From: Nitrospirota bacterium
Lineage (GTDB): Bacteria; Nitrospirota; UBA9217
Direction of reading: 5' to 3'
NCBI GenBank assembly: GCA_035623825.1
Contig: DASPSR010000021.1
Span: forward strand, 32,001 to 96,000
DNA: 64,000 nt
Shown: positions 8,800 to 18,667 of the stretch, piece after piece
Position numbering within the stretch: the stretch's first letter is position 1
Layout of the letters: each line of letters starts with the position of its first letter
Program-made: the position numbers and the translations under genes
Notes under the pieces: model-generated
What the model was told of the DNA's origin: nothing
Seen by the model: the letters and a program-made list of their open reading frames with translations, nothing else
Databases searched by the model: none

Positions 8800-11191
8800 G
8801 AAAGTACTTCTCAAGGCCATAGCCAAAGAAGAAGAACTTCTTTCCAAATTGAACAGCGAACGCGAGCAAGCGCTTTCGAGGCTTAATTCGCTCAAACAGC
8901 AACTTACCATCCTGGAGGCAGCGTGCGCCAAGCTGACAAGAACCCGTGCTGCCAGAACGCCTCAGGAAAAAGTGAAATTGTTCCGCTCTCTGTTTCACGG
9001 GAGGGAGGATCTCTTCCCGAAACTGTGGACAAGCCGTACTGGTAAGAAGGGCTACTCACCTGCTTGCAAGAATGAATGGGTCACCGGAACCTGTGGAAAG
9101 ACCCTCAAACCTCTGGGTAAGTGCAGCGAGTGTGCCAATCGAAAGTTCCTTCCTATAACCGATCAGGTCATTATGGATCATCTTCAGGGGCGCCACGTCA
9201 TAGGCGTATACCCAATGTTGCCCGACGATACTTCCTGGTTTCTTGCTGCTGATTTCGATAACGAGACTTGGAAGGATGATGTTGCGGCTTTCCGGGAAAC
9301 CTGTAAGAATTTGAGAATCTCCGTAGCTATTGAACGATCACGCTCTGGAAATGGGGCTCATGCTTGGTTCTTCTTTGCTGCACCTGTGCCGGCAGCGACT
9401 GCCAGGACTATGGGCTGCTACCTGATCACGGAAACTATGAGCAGGAGGCATCAGCTCAGCATGGAATCCTATGATCGGCTGTTTCCTAGTCAGGACAATT
9501 TGCCCAAGGGGGGCTTCGGAAACCTGATTGCGCTTCCATTCCAACATGAACCGCGGCAGAAAGGCAATACGGTATTTCTCGATGAGAACTTTACGCCATA
9601 TACAGATCAATGGGAATACCTTGCGTCGATCAATAAACTTCAACCAGAAGCCGTCCAGCGAATTGCAGATGAAGCGATAAGGCAGGACAGCGTGACCGGT
9701 GTGCCGAGAGATACCGATGAAGATGCCGAAAAACAAGCTCCTTGGAACAGGACGCCTTCCCGAGGAAAGCCGAAAAAGAAAATCATTGGTAAGTTTCCTT
9801 CGGTGACACATTGCACTTTTTTGCAGCGGCTGTACGTTGAAAAGAAGGATCTGCCGTCGCCCTTCTTAACACGCATCAAACGGCTTGCAGCATTTCAGAA
9901 CCCGATGTTTTATGAAAAGCAAAGTCTGCGTTTATCCACCGCGCGAATCCCGCGAGTAATATCCTGTTTCGAAGAGCATCCCGAACACATCGCCATCCCG
10001 AGGGGTTGTCTTGACAGCCTTCAAGAGCTATTTATGGAGCATGGCGTGAAACTCGTGCTAGATGACAAGCGAATTGCACCTGCAGGGCCATCGTATTCTT
10101 TCAATGGAACGTTGAGAGAAGCGCAGCAGGAGGCAATTGACGAAATCTTTAAGTACGATCTCGGAGTCCTCTCCGCGCCGCCGGGGTTTGGCAAGACCGT
10201 TATTGGCGCTCGTCTTATAGCGAAACGTGGTTGTAGGACGCTTGTGCTTGTCCATCGGAAAGAGCTCCTGGATCAATGGATTGCGCGACTTTCCCTCTTT
10301 CTCGGCATCGACCCGAGGGAAATTGGCAGGATCGGGGCGGGCAAGAATAAGCCGAACGGGATATTGGATGTTGCTATGATTCAAAGTCTGGTCCGGAAGG
10401 ATGAGGTAAATGATATGGTCGCGGTATATGGTCACGTGATTGTGGATGAATGTCACCATCTCCCTGCTGTGTCCTTTGAGCGCGTTCTAAATGAGGTCAA
10501 GGCACGGTATATCGTAGGTCTTACTGCGACGCCTTATAGGCGCGATGGACATCAGCCGATTATTCACATGCAATGTGGTCCTATCAGGTATGCGGTGCAT
10601 CCGAAAAGCCTGGAAGCAAGAGCGCGCTTCAAGCATCAGTTGATTTGCAGAACTACAGATTTTGCAATGGATAATCCCGACTCGTCGATTCAGCAAATAT
10701 ATGCTGGTCTTGTTTCCGATGAGCGACGGAACAATATCATTCTCACCGATGTCCGGCAGGCGATCCAAGAGGGGCGCTCTCCTGTACTGCTTACAGAGCG
10801 AAAAGAGCACCTAGATATTCTCACCGCAAGTCTACAAGGTGAAGTAAAACATCTCATAGTCCTGAGCGGCAGGCTATCTCCTAAAGAACGGCGAGAGACC
10901 ATGGCACGACTGGACGCAATTCCAGATGGAGAAGCTAGGTTGATTGCAGCGACAGGCCGCTATCTTGGCGAAGGATTCGATGATCCTCGACTCGATACGC
11001 TTATCCTTGCTATGCCATTTTCTTGGAAAGGGACAATTGTGCAGTATGCAGGAAGGCTCCATCGGGAGCATCCGGGAAAACTAGAAGTGCGGGTGCATGA
11101 TTACATCGATGCCAATGTACCTAAACTCCTTCGAATGCACAAGAAGCGTCTACGTGGCTTTCGGGATATCGGGTATACTGTGGTCGAGTAA
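8789..11191 (+). CDS. archaeo-eukaryotic primase domain (AEP-TOTE-like) fused to a SF2 DExH helicase
   Basis: AEP motifs AADFD, ERSRSGNGAHAW, DRLFP.QD, GNLIALP; Cys cluster C.NEW....C........CSEC; helicase motifs APPGFGKT, DECH, TAT, GEGFD, QYAGRLHR. Confidence 0.85.
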   Translation: MSDKKVLLKAIAKEEELLSKLNSEREQALSRLNSLKQQLTILEAACAKLTRTRAARTPQEKVKLFRSLFHGREDLFPKLWTSRTGKKGYSPACKNEWVTGTCGKTLKPLGKCSECANRKFLPITDQVIMDHLQGRHVIGVYPMLPDDTSWFLAADFDNETWKDDVAAFRETCKNLRISVAIERSRSGNGAHAWFFFAAPVPAATARTMGCYLITETMSRRHQLSMESYDRLFPSQDNLPKGGFGNLIALPFQHEPRQKGNTVFLDENFTPYTDQWEYLASINKLQPEAVQRIADEAIRQDSVTGVPRDTDEDAEKQAPWNRTPSRGKPKKKIIGKFPSVTHCTFLQRLYVEKKDLPSPFLTRIKRLAAFQNPMFYEKQSLRLSTARIPRVISCFEEHPEHIAIPRGCLDSLQELFMEHGVKLVLDDKRIAPAGPSYSFNGTLREAQQEAIDEIFKYDLGVLSAPPGFGKTVIGARLIAKRGCRTLVLVHRKELLDQWIARLSLFLGIDPREIGRIGAGKNKPNGILDVAMIQSLVRKDEVNDMVAVYGHVIVDECHHLPAVSFERVLNEVKARYIVGLTATPYRRDGHQPIIHMQCGPIRYAVHPKSLEARARFKHQLICRTTDFAMDNPDSSIQQIYAGLVSDERRNNIILTDVRQAIQEGRSPVLLTERKEHLDILTASLQGEVKHLIVLSGRLSPKERRETMARLDAIPDGEARLIAATGRYLGEGFDDPRLDTLILAMPFSWKGTIVQYAGRLHREHPGKLEVRVHDYIDANVPKLLRMHKKRLRGFRDIGYTVVE

Positions 11192-11380
11192 CCTTTCAGG
11201 TTGATAGTACCGAGGAATCAGAGTTAGTCCAAAGTGCATCAGCAGCTTGATGTCCGATGAAAATCAAAGATGTCCAACGAAGTCTCATGACATCCGACAT
11301 TAAAGGGGTAGTTATGTGGGGTATATCCTAATCTCCCGTAGGAAATGTTCTGCAATATCAAAGGATTGGACAAACTATTG

Positions 11381-11408
11381 GAATCCCACCGCCTCCACCA
11401 ATTAAATT
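11381..11408 (+). repeat. attR core
   Basis: Copy of the ssrA 3' end; preceded by an IHF consensus match TATCAAAGGATTG (11356-11368) and GGGGTA arm-like repeats (11305-11323). Confidence 0.9.
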
Positions 11409-11468
11409 GTCGTAATGAGGAGAAATATCAACACAAAAAGCCGTTGCGTAAGAAGAAATACAAAATGA

Positions 11469-11508
11469 AAAAGGCTTAGATGATTTACCTCTAAGCCTTT
11501 AATTTTTT
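11469..11508. terminator. bidirectional intrinsic terminator, probably the displaced original ssrA terminator
   Basis: AAAGGCTTAGA / TCTAAGCCTTT stem flanked by A- and T-runs. Confidence 0.7.
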
Positions 11509-11543
11509 CAATTGCAAACCAGCGATTTAAATCATATTTATTC

Positions 11544-11870
11544 TCATTTACTTTTCTGAGATTGGCTCGATAAAAAAACATTACAGTCATGTTGACAGTT
11601 TGTTTTTATTTTTGCACAGGTCTCTGAAGACAATTTATTATTAAGACATTCTCTCGAATAATCATCGCATATATCGCAGCAACAACGATATGCCGTGGGC
11701 CCGCTGTAATTCTGACAATCAGGCGTATCGGTTTTCTGTGCATGTTGCTTGATTCTGCTGCACTTGCCAACGTGATAGTCGTGTTCTGCAGCGTTCCAAT
11801 CATAAGCATAAGCCGAGACGGTGAACGCAACCATAGCTACAGTCAGAGATATTCTTACAATCGATTTCAT
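11544..11870 (-). CDS. small secreted cysteine-rich protein
   Basis: Signal peptide MKSIVRISLTVAMVAFTVSAYA; 10 Cys in the ~86-aa mature part; GAGG upstream of the ATG; ends before a terminator. Confidence 0.7.
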   Translation of the reverse strand: MKSIVRISLTVAMVAFTVSAYAYDWNAAEHDYHVGKCSRIKQHAQKTDTPDCQNYSGPTAYRCCCDICDDYSRECLNNKLSSETCAKIKTNCQHDCNVFLSSQSQKSK

Positions 11871-12431
11871 AATCCTCACTCACACGCTCCCCTCGATTAT
11901 TAATAGAGCTTGGCGACGGTCTCAAGCATTTCTCACCCGCGCTCTCCAAAAATAATAATTCAAGAGATAATCCTTGTCAAGTAGGCAGTATATTACAAGT
12001 GTACTGTGATCGTACCATAAGCTTAATAAAGGCAAATACTATTTATAGATGGCAATTTGATCCCCTCGGCTCCACGATCCGTTACACCCCAGATTATACG
12101 AAAAAAGTAACAATGCCCGTATAAGAGCCATCTCTTCTGTTCTTTTCGTTGTTGTTTCTTTCCGCAATCAGACAAAGAATCATCTAACTGCTTGGAAACA
12201 TGAGGAAAGATTACCTTAATTACACTTCCGTAAAAACTCGCGCCTACACTACGCACCAAAAAAAAGGTTGTCTGATTACGATACCTGCATGACCAAAAAA
12301 CATCTGCTAATCGCCTATTCATCGGGTTAAGTTGCCAGCCTGATGTAGCTCGCAGATTTTTCCGCAATCAAAAAATTGACAGCCATTAAGGAGCCTCACC
12401 GGTAACTTGTTGAAATAAAAAATCTTTTAGT

Positions 12432-12448
12432 TTGGCATCTGATATGCT
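12432..12448 (+). promoter_or_regulatory. sigma54 (-24/-12) promoter
   Basis: TTGGCATCTGATATGCT with GG at 12434 and GC at 12446 (12-nt spacing); IHF-like site at 12403-12415. Confidence 0.65.
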
Positions 12449-12596
12449 TTATGAATATTAAAGGCGAGAAGGTCTTTTTCTTGTATGGAAAAATTGATTC
12501 CCGAGTCTGGAAGCGGGGCTTGCGGAAGCACTCGGCAAGTAGTTTGTAGAACTCATTTTAATCATGTGCAAGTTGCTATGCTGCCTTGGAGGCGTC

Positions 12597-15152
12597 ATGA
12601 CACATCCCCGAAGTAGGAGCGACCGTCCTGCTGCCCTGCGGATCGTCATAATCTATGCATTGTTTGCTGCATCGTGGATTTACCTTTCCGACAATGCCTT
12701 GACTTCGCTGCTGGGGGATACAGAGTTCCTCATCCGTATTTCCGTGTTGAAAGGCTTACTCTTCGTTGTCGTGACAGGCATCCTCCTGTATCAACTTATC
12801 TCCCGGCATATTCAGAAAACCTGGCAGATAGAGGAGAAACTGCGTTTAAGTCAGAACCTCATAAATGCCCTGCTCGACGGGACCACCGATGCCATTTATG
12901 CGAAGGACAGGCAGGGGCGGTATCTCATGCTCAATGCCGCCGCAACAAATTTCACCGGCAAGGCAGCTGCGGAGGTGATCGGCAATGACGACACAACGCT
13001 GTTCCCTGCCGAAAATGCCGGGGATATTATGGCGGGAGATCGAAAGGTAATGGATGCCGGCCGGGTGCTGACCTACGAAGAGCGTCTACCAGTGGGTAAT
13101 GGTACTTACAGGACTTATCTCGCCACAAAAGGGCCTATCTTCAATGTAAATGGGGAGATCAGCGGTTTGTTCGGTATTGCGCGGGACATCACTGATCGCA
13201 AACAGGCGGAAGATGCTATCCGGGCAAGTGAAAGGCGTTTTCACTCTCTTTTCGATAACATGCTCGAAGGATTCGCCTATTGCCGTATTTTGTTCGAAAA
13301 CGATCAGCCGAAGGATTTTGTATATCTGGAGGTAAACACGGCATTTGAACGTTTGACCGGATTAAAAAATGTCGTCGGGAAAAAGGTCAACGAAGTACTC
13401 CCGGGCATATACGAATCCAACCCGGAGTTGTTCGAAATTTACGGCAGAGTGGCTTCGAGCGGTAATCCGGAGAGGTTTGAAACATATATAGCGCCATTGG
13501 CTAACTGGTTCTCTTTCTACGTGTATAGTCCGGAAAATGGGTGCTTTGTTACCGTATTTGATGTCATAACCAAGCGTAAGGAGGCAGAGGAAAAGCTGCG
13601 ACAACTTTCGCGCAAGATAGAATTGATCATAAATTCCGCAGGCGATGGTATTTATGGGCTGGATATGGCTGGGAAAGTGACATTCATCAATTCTGCCGGG
13701 GCCCGGATGCTGGGTTGGGATCAGAAGGAACTAATCGGAAAGAGCAGCCATGCGGCGTGGCATCACTCCAGGCCTGATAATTCCCCATTTCCCGAGAAAG
13801 AATGCGAACTGCACGCCTTGTTGACAAACGAAATCACTAATGCAGTTGACAAGGATATATTCTGGAAGAAGGATGGTACTTGTTTCTCTGTCGAATATAC
13901 CAGTGTCCCGATCTATGATAATCAAATGCTCTCAGGCAGGGTTGTCACTTTCAGGGATATAACCCAGCGCCTTAATGCCGAGCAAGAAAGGAAGAAGCTT
14001 GAGAACCAATTCTACCAGGCGCAAAAAATGGAGGTGATCGGGCACCTTGCTGGCGGTATAGCGCATGATTTCAATAATATTCTGACGGCCATAATCGGGT
14101 ACGCAAACCTTTTGAACATGAAGATCCCGGCGTCCGCTCCATTACATAATTATGTGAATCAAATACTTGCTTCAGCGGAAAAAGCAGCCAATCTCACGCA
14201 CAGCCTGCTTGCATTTAGCAGGAAACAGGTAATAAACCCGATGCCGATTAACATCAACGAAATCGTAGTGGGTATGAAGAAGATATTGGATAGGATCATT
14301 GGCGAAGATATTGAATTCAACGTTGAAACCACTGATCATGACTTGATCGTAAAATCTGATAAAGGACAGATAGAGCAGGTGCTGATGAACCTGGCAACGA
14401 ACGCACGGGACGCAATGCCTCATGGGGGGATGCTGACAATGACCACAGACGAGGCCGAAATAGATGAGCTGTTCGTTCAGGTTCATCAATACGGCAACGT
14501 CGGCAGGTATGCAGTTGTTTCGGTAACGGACACAGGCGTGGGGATGGATAAAATAACGCAAGAACACCTCTTTGAGCCTTTTTATACAACAAAAGAGGTT
14601 GGTAAGGGCACCGGATTAGGACTGGCAATGGTCTACGGAACAATCAAACAGCATGATGGCTTCATAAATGTGTACAGTGAGTCCGGTACGGGAACAACAC
14701 TCAAGATATACATACCCTTGGCAGAACCCCATAGGCAGCTTGCCGCAAAGCCCGCATCAATCGCTGTTATCGCAGGCAATGAGACACTCCTCTTAGTAGA
14801 AGACGACCCGGCTGTTAGAAAGGTAACAAAAACATTGCTTGAGGAGTTAGGCTATAGCGTGATAGAGGCCGTTGATGGAGAACAGGCCATCAGACTTTTC
14901 CGGGAAAATATTGAGAGAATACAACTCATTGTTTCCGATATGATAATGCCCAAGCTGAGCGGAAAAGACGTGCATGATGAATTGAAGAAGATAAAACCTG
15001 ATATAAGAATTCTTTTTATAAGCGGATATACAGCGGACATCCTCAAACAAAAGGGCATCGAAAATGAAAAAATAAACTTCATATCAAAGCCATTAAGGGC
15101 CGATGCTCTTTCGAGAAAAATACGGGAAGTCTTAGGCAAGCAATGTACATGA
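12597..15152 (+). CDS. membrane-anchored multi-PAS hybrid histidine kinase/response regulator
   Basis: Two TM helices, three PAS domains, H-box AGGIAHDFNN, G-box FEPFYTTKEVGKGTGLGL, C-terminal receiver domain; GGAGG before ATG 12597. Confidence 0.94.
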   Translation: MTHPRSRSDRPAALRIVIIYALFAASWIYLSDNALTSLLGDTEFLIRISVLKGLLFVVVTGILLYQLISRHIQKTWQIEEKLRLSQNLINALLDGTTDAIYAKDRQGRYLMLNAAATNFTGKAAAEVIGNDDTTLFPAENAGDIMAGDRKVMDAGRVLTYEERLPVGNGTYRTYLATKGPIFNVNGEISGLFGIARDITDRKQAEDAIRASERRFHSLFDNMLEGFAYCRILFENDQPKDFVYLEVNTAFERLTGLKNVVGKKVNEVLPGIYESNPELFEIYGRVASSGNPERFETYIAPLANWFSFYVYSPENGCFVTVFDVITKRKEAEEKLRQLSRKIELIINSAGDGIYGLDMAGKVTFINSAGARMLGWDQKELIGKSSHAAWHHSRPDNSPFPEKECELHALLTNEITNAVDKDIFWKKDGTCFSVEYTSVPIYDNQMLSGRVVTFRDITQRLNAEQERKKLENQFYQAQKMEVIGHLAGGIAHDFNNILTAIIGYANLLNMKIPASAPLHNYVNQILASAEKAANLTHSLLAFSRKQVINPMPININEIVVGMKKILDRIIGEDIEFNVETTDHDLIVKSDKGQIEQVLMNLATNARDAMPHGGMLTMTTDEAEIDELFVQVHQYGNVGRYAVVSVTDTGVGMDKITQEHLFEPFYTTKEVGKGTGLGLAMVYGTIKQHDGFINVYSESGTGTTLKIYIPLAEPHRQLAAKPASIAVIAGNETLLLVEDDPAVRKVTKTLLEELGYSVIEAVDGEQAIRLFRENIERIQLIVSDMIMPKLSGKDVHDELKKIKPDIRILFISGYTADILKQKGIENEKINFISKPLRADALSRKIREVLGKQCT

Positions 15153-15634
15153 CTATACAGCCTTTATCTTCCGTTGAATCAGCTCTTCATGTCTCGGTGC
15201 GGTTCGAGCGCACGTTGAAGTAAATAGGCAATAAACGTGTGCTGCACCAGATGGATTCCTGCCGCTACAAGCGATTTTAAGTCCGGTTTTCTCCTAAGCA
15301 GTCATTCCACCTGCCGAAAATACGTTCCATTCCGTTACCATAGCAGGATGTATACAGAAATCGAGAAAAAGACATGACTTGATTTACTTTTCGATCTGGA
15401 CAATTGGCGTCAAGGTTAGTAATTGAAATCTCACTCTTTTACATCTTCCAAGCCTTTTCGTAAATTTACATTGCTATGATAGTTAAGATAAATTTGTGTA
15501 CAATCAATATCTTACAGTAATAATTATTAATACTTTTGGACATATCACCTATTAACATAGCCTAATAACCCAAATATTTATAAGTATTAGAGCTTCATAC
15601 GACTTAACTCAGCGATATCACAAGGTTTATAACC

Positions 15635-15651
15635 GTGGCACAAAGAATGCA
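15635..15651 (+). promoter_or_regulatory. sigma54 (-24/-12) promoter
   Basis: GTGGCACAAAGAATGCA with GG at 15637 and GC at 15649. Confidence 0.6.
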
Positions 15652-15732
15652 ACTATAGTATTTGAAAGCGAGTATTAGACCACTGATGATTAACTCCTTG
15701 AACGGATAAGTGGTTTAGAGGAATAGACCAGG

Positions 15733-15960
15733 ATGTTGATAAGCTCGTTACCCGGGGTCGTTATGTTAAAAGTATGCGGACATGTACATAAAATAAAACC
15801 GGGAGAATGGCAGCAAAGCTACGAAATACTTCATGAGGGCCATATCATCGGTTATGTGGACCATAAAAAAACGCAATCAGCCAGCGTCACCATAACCCGA
15901 AATCTACGAGGTGAGGTCATGGAAGGTGAGCGCCTTAATTGGCTCTTGAAAAGGATATAG
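15733..15960 (+). CDS. hypothetical protein
   Basis: Short ORF downstream of a sigma54 motif; no recognisable domain. Confidence 0.35.
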   Translation: MLISSLPGVVMLKVCGHVHKIKPGEWQQSYEILHEGHIIGYVDHKKTQSASVTITRNLRGEVMEGERLNWLLKRI

Positions 15961-16262
15961 TAGATACTTGTACACTCGTTTGGAAAAGTGGGTATAAAAT
16001 GGATGCACTTCTTGGTATGTCAGGATACATAGAATTGTGGCTTTCAGAGCGAGGCTTAAATCCGTATGAGATAAGTCGCGGAATGGTACTTCTTCTTGGA
16101 GAGGATTGGAAACAGATGACTTATTTTGAATTATTCGACAGGATCAGGGCCAGGGGATCAGCTGTTTCTGATATAATGCCGGTCTTTGCCGATGAGCTTG
16201 AGGCTCTCGTCCGCGGCGCGCTTAAGTTGGAAGATATCTATAAAACTGTTGGCTTAATTTAG
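15939..16262 (+). CDS. hypothetical protein
   Basis: 107-aa ORF with protein-like composition; start uncertain. Confidence 0.45.
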   Translation: MALEKDIVDTCTLVWKSGYKMDALLGMSGYIELWLSERGLNPYEISRGMVLLLGEDWKQMTYFELFDRIRARGSAVSDIMPVFADELEALVRGALKLEDIYKTVGLI

Positions 16263-17246
16263 AGACCATGAAACAGACGTGATTAAGGCTGTTGAGATAG
16301 CTGTAGGAATCGATAAGAAACTTCAGATGATCAATGCTAAAGAGGTTGCCTAGGAGTAGCGAAATATACTTGATCCCGTTAGTTCGTTGCCGGTGCTCGC
16401 ATACTGCAAAAAGTAAATAGTGTTATATGACAGGCCGGCTGATGCGGGCGTTTTGGGGGGGGCGTATATGGCACTGGTTGTGCAGTTCCCAGGATCAGTG
16501 AAAAGTTGTCGTCGGCGCAGTTCTGACAGACGACTAAAATTTAGTTTCTCACATTTTCGAAGCTCCGTAGATTGGTTAATGATCAAGAAAGTTTTGATTC
16601 ATATCATGGCATTTTCTAATTTTCCTTTCTATCTATGGATTGATTGTTCGTCATGTGGCGACTGAAATTGCTTTATCAGGAATTTTCTAATGCTTAATGA
16701 CGTTCAACTGTATCAAGCGCTATGTCTGCTGTTTCAGAGGATAATAAATTCCTTTCCTAATACATAAGCATCCTTTGATCTTGCCTGTCAAAAAGCGGAG
16801 CCACTCTTATTATTGCCGGCCGGACGCACTTCGCCCATCGGATAAGTTTTATATCGACGCTGCTTCCTCTTGACGATACGTCGAAAAAACCCGATGACAG
16901 GGTTCCTTCGAGTTTTAATGGAAAGCTATGATCATCAAAACGTAGCGAGGTTAAAACCGGAACTGTTACATGTTAAAATTTTGAAGTGAAAACCTAAAGC
17001 TTGGAACCCGCAAAGAATAAGTGACCGAACCTCCCTGCAATTTCAATTATTACACGAACTTATATCCCCCGATGCTCTTTCATATCCAAATTATATATAC
17101 ATAACAAGAGCATAGTTTGATAAAATATGCTCAACAGACCGGTGCCCGGGGAAATATTATAACAGCCCGCATATGAGCAGTAGCAGCAGAAGGCTTCTCA
17201 CAATGCAGATGTCGATGCAGCATGAGGCTGGAATAAGGAGGATCCA

Positions 17247-17750
17247 ATGGAAGGGAAACGGGTAAACGACAGCAGCGTGACCATGGCACAGATGATGATC
17301 CCCCAGGATGCGAACCCTGCGGGGAATGTTCACGGCGGCGTGGTCGTAAAAATCATCGATGAGGCGGCAGGCGTTGTAGCCGCGCGGCATGCACGGAGCA
17401 ACGTCGTTACCGCCTCGATCGATCGAATGGACTTCCATCATCCGGTCTTTGTTGGCGACGTTTTGTTCGTCAAGGCAAGCCTGAATCTGGTCGGGAGGAC
17501 GTCCATGGAGATCGGGGTCCGCGTAGAGGCGGAGAACCTCATCACCGGAGAAGTGCGTCATGCAGCGTCGGCGTACCTGACCTATGTTGCGCTTGACCAG
17601 CGCGGAAAACCGCGAGAGATTCCCCCGCTCATCCTTGAAACCGAAGAGGAAAAGCGGCGAAGCAGAGAGGCGAAGGCACGGCGAGAGATACGACTTGCCG
17701 AAAAAAAGCGAGAATCAGGATGCCAGAAGGACCCTGCAGCCTGCGCCTGA
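17247..17750 (+). CDS. acyl-CoA thioesterase (hotdog fold)
   Basis: PQDANPAGNVHGG, VVTASID, GRTSMEIGVRV. Confidence 0.93.
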   Translation: MEGKRVNDSSVTMAQMMIPQDANPAGNVHGGVVVKIIDEAAGVVAARHARSNVVTASIDRMDFHHPVFVGDVLFVKASLNLVGRTSMEIGVRVEAENLITGEVRHAASAYLTYVALDQRGKPREIPPLILETEEEKRRSREAKARREIRLAEKKRESGCQKDPAACA

Positions 17751-17762
17751 GAATGAGGGCCT

Positions 17763-18626
17763 GTGACATTATCCGACGAAAAGATCTCCACAGAGCTCGA
17801 TTACCTGAGAGAGGAAGTCAAGCGGCTTCGCGCCTCTCTGAATATCATGACGCCGCGCATCGATATCCTTCTGAAGCGCCGAGGATTCACGGTCTATAAA
17901 AAGGAACCTTCTGATGACCTTCTGACCCCGTCAAAAAAGTATCTGAATTCTTATTACCAGATGCTGCACAAGTATTCTTTCAGACTCTTCCTGCGCGACG
18001 TGATCAAAAATCAAGGGCTATTCACGCTCGAACAGGTCTCTAAGTACGCAACCCCCGGCGTAACGAAGGACTATATCGACTACCTCCTTTCCATCAAGTT
18101 GGCCAAAAAAAGAGCCCACGTGCATTACCTCACCATGGGCCCGGTCAAAAGCTTTGGAGAGACGCTCGAATGGTTTATCGCTGAAGTGTTCAAGCGGGAA
18201 TTCGGCTCAGAGGCGGTCTGGGGTGTAAAGTTTAAGCGACCGGCGGTCGGAGGCGACTATGATGTGATCGCGAAGTTCAATGGATCGCTCCTGTATACGG
18301 AGGTCAAGTCATCTCCGCCCAAGCAGATCTACGACGCAGAGATCGCTGCTTTCCTCAACCGAGTAGTCGATCTCTCACCTGAGATTGCAGTCTTTCTGAT
18401 GGACACCGAGCTCCGGATGAAGGACAAGATCGTTCCCATGTTTGAGGCCCAACTGGCGAAAAGACATTCCTCGCCTCCCGAAGTAGTACGGATGGAGCGT
18501 GAGCTCTTTCACATACAGAACAGAATATTCATCGTCAATGCGAAGGAAAGCATCATCAGGAACATCGAGAGGGTGCTCTACCGGTATTACAAGGCAAGAG
18601 AGACCGCATTGTCAGCCATGCCCTGA
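17763..18626 (+). CDS. hypothetical protein with a PD-(D/E)XK-like C-terminal region
   Basis: FGETLEW...GGDYDV.......LYTEVKS pattern. Confidence 0.65.
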   Translation: MTLSDEKISTELDYLREEVKRLRASLNIMTPRIDILLKRRGFTVYKKEPSDDLLTPSKKYLNSYYQMLHKYSFRLFLRDVIKNQGLFTLEQVSKYATPGVTKDYIDYLLSIKLAKKRAHVHYLTMGPVKSFGETLEWFIAEVFKREFGSEAVWGVKFKRPAVGGDYDVIAKFNGSLLYTEVKSSPPKQIYDAEIAAFLNRVVDLSPEIAVFLMDTELRMKDKIVPMFEAQLAKRHSSPPEVVRMERELFHIQNRIFIVNAKESIIRNIERVLYRYYKARETALSAMP

Positions 18627-18667
18627 AAGGCCACGAAGGGTACAAAAGAGGACACGCCGAGCGGGCG

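Larger units (their letters stand above)
7352..11408. mobile_element. integrase-less genomic island inserted in the ssrA 3' end
   Basis: Perfect 28-bp direct repeat GAATCCCACCGCCTCCACCAATTAAATT at 7352-7379 and 11381-11408; cargo is a TA pair plus AEP-helicase; no integrase ORF between the repeats. Confidence 0.88.

Noticed and set aside
11409-17200. A further ssrA att copy or an integrase bounding the AT-rich block
   Set aside because: No additional CCGCCTCCACCA or arm+core unit and no integrase ORF seen, so it is not called as a mobile element.
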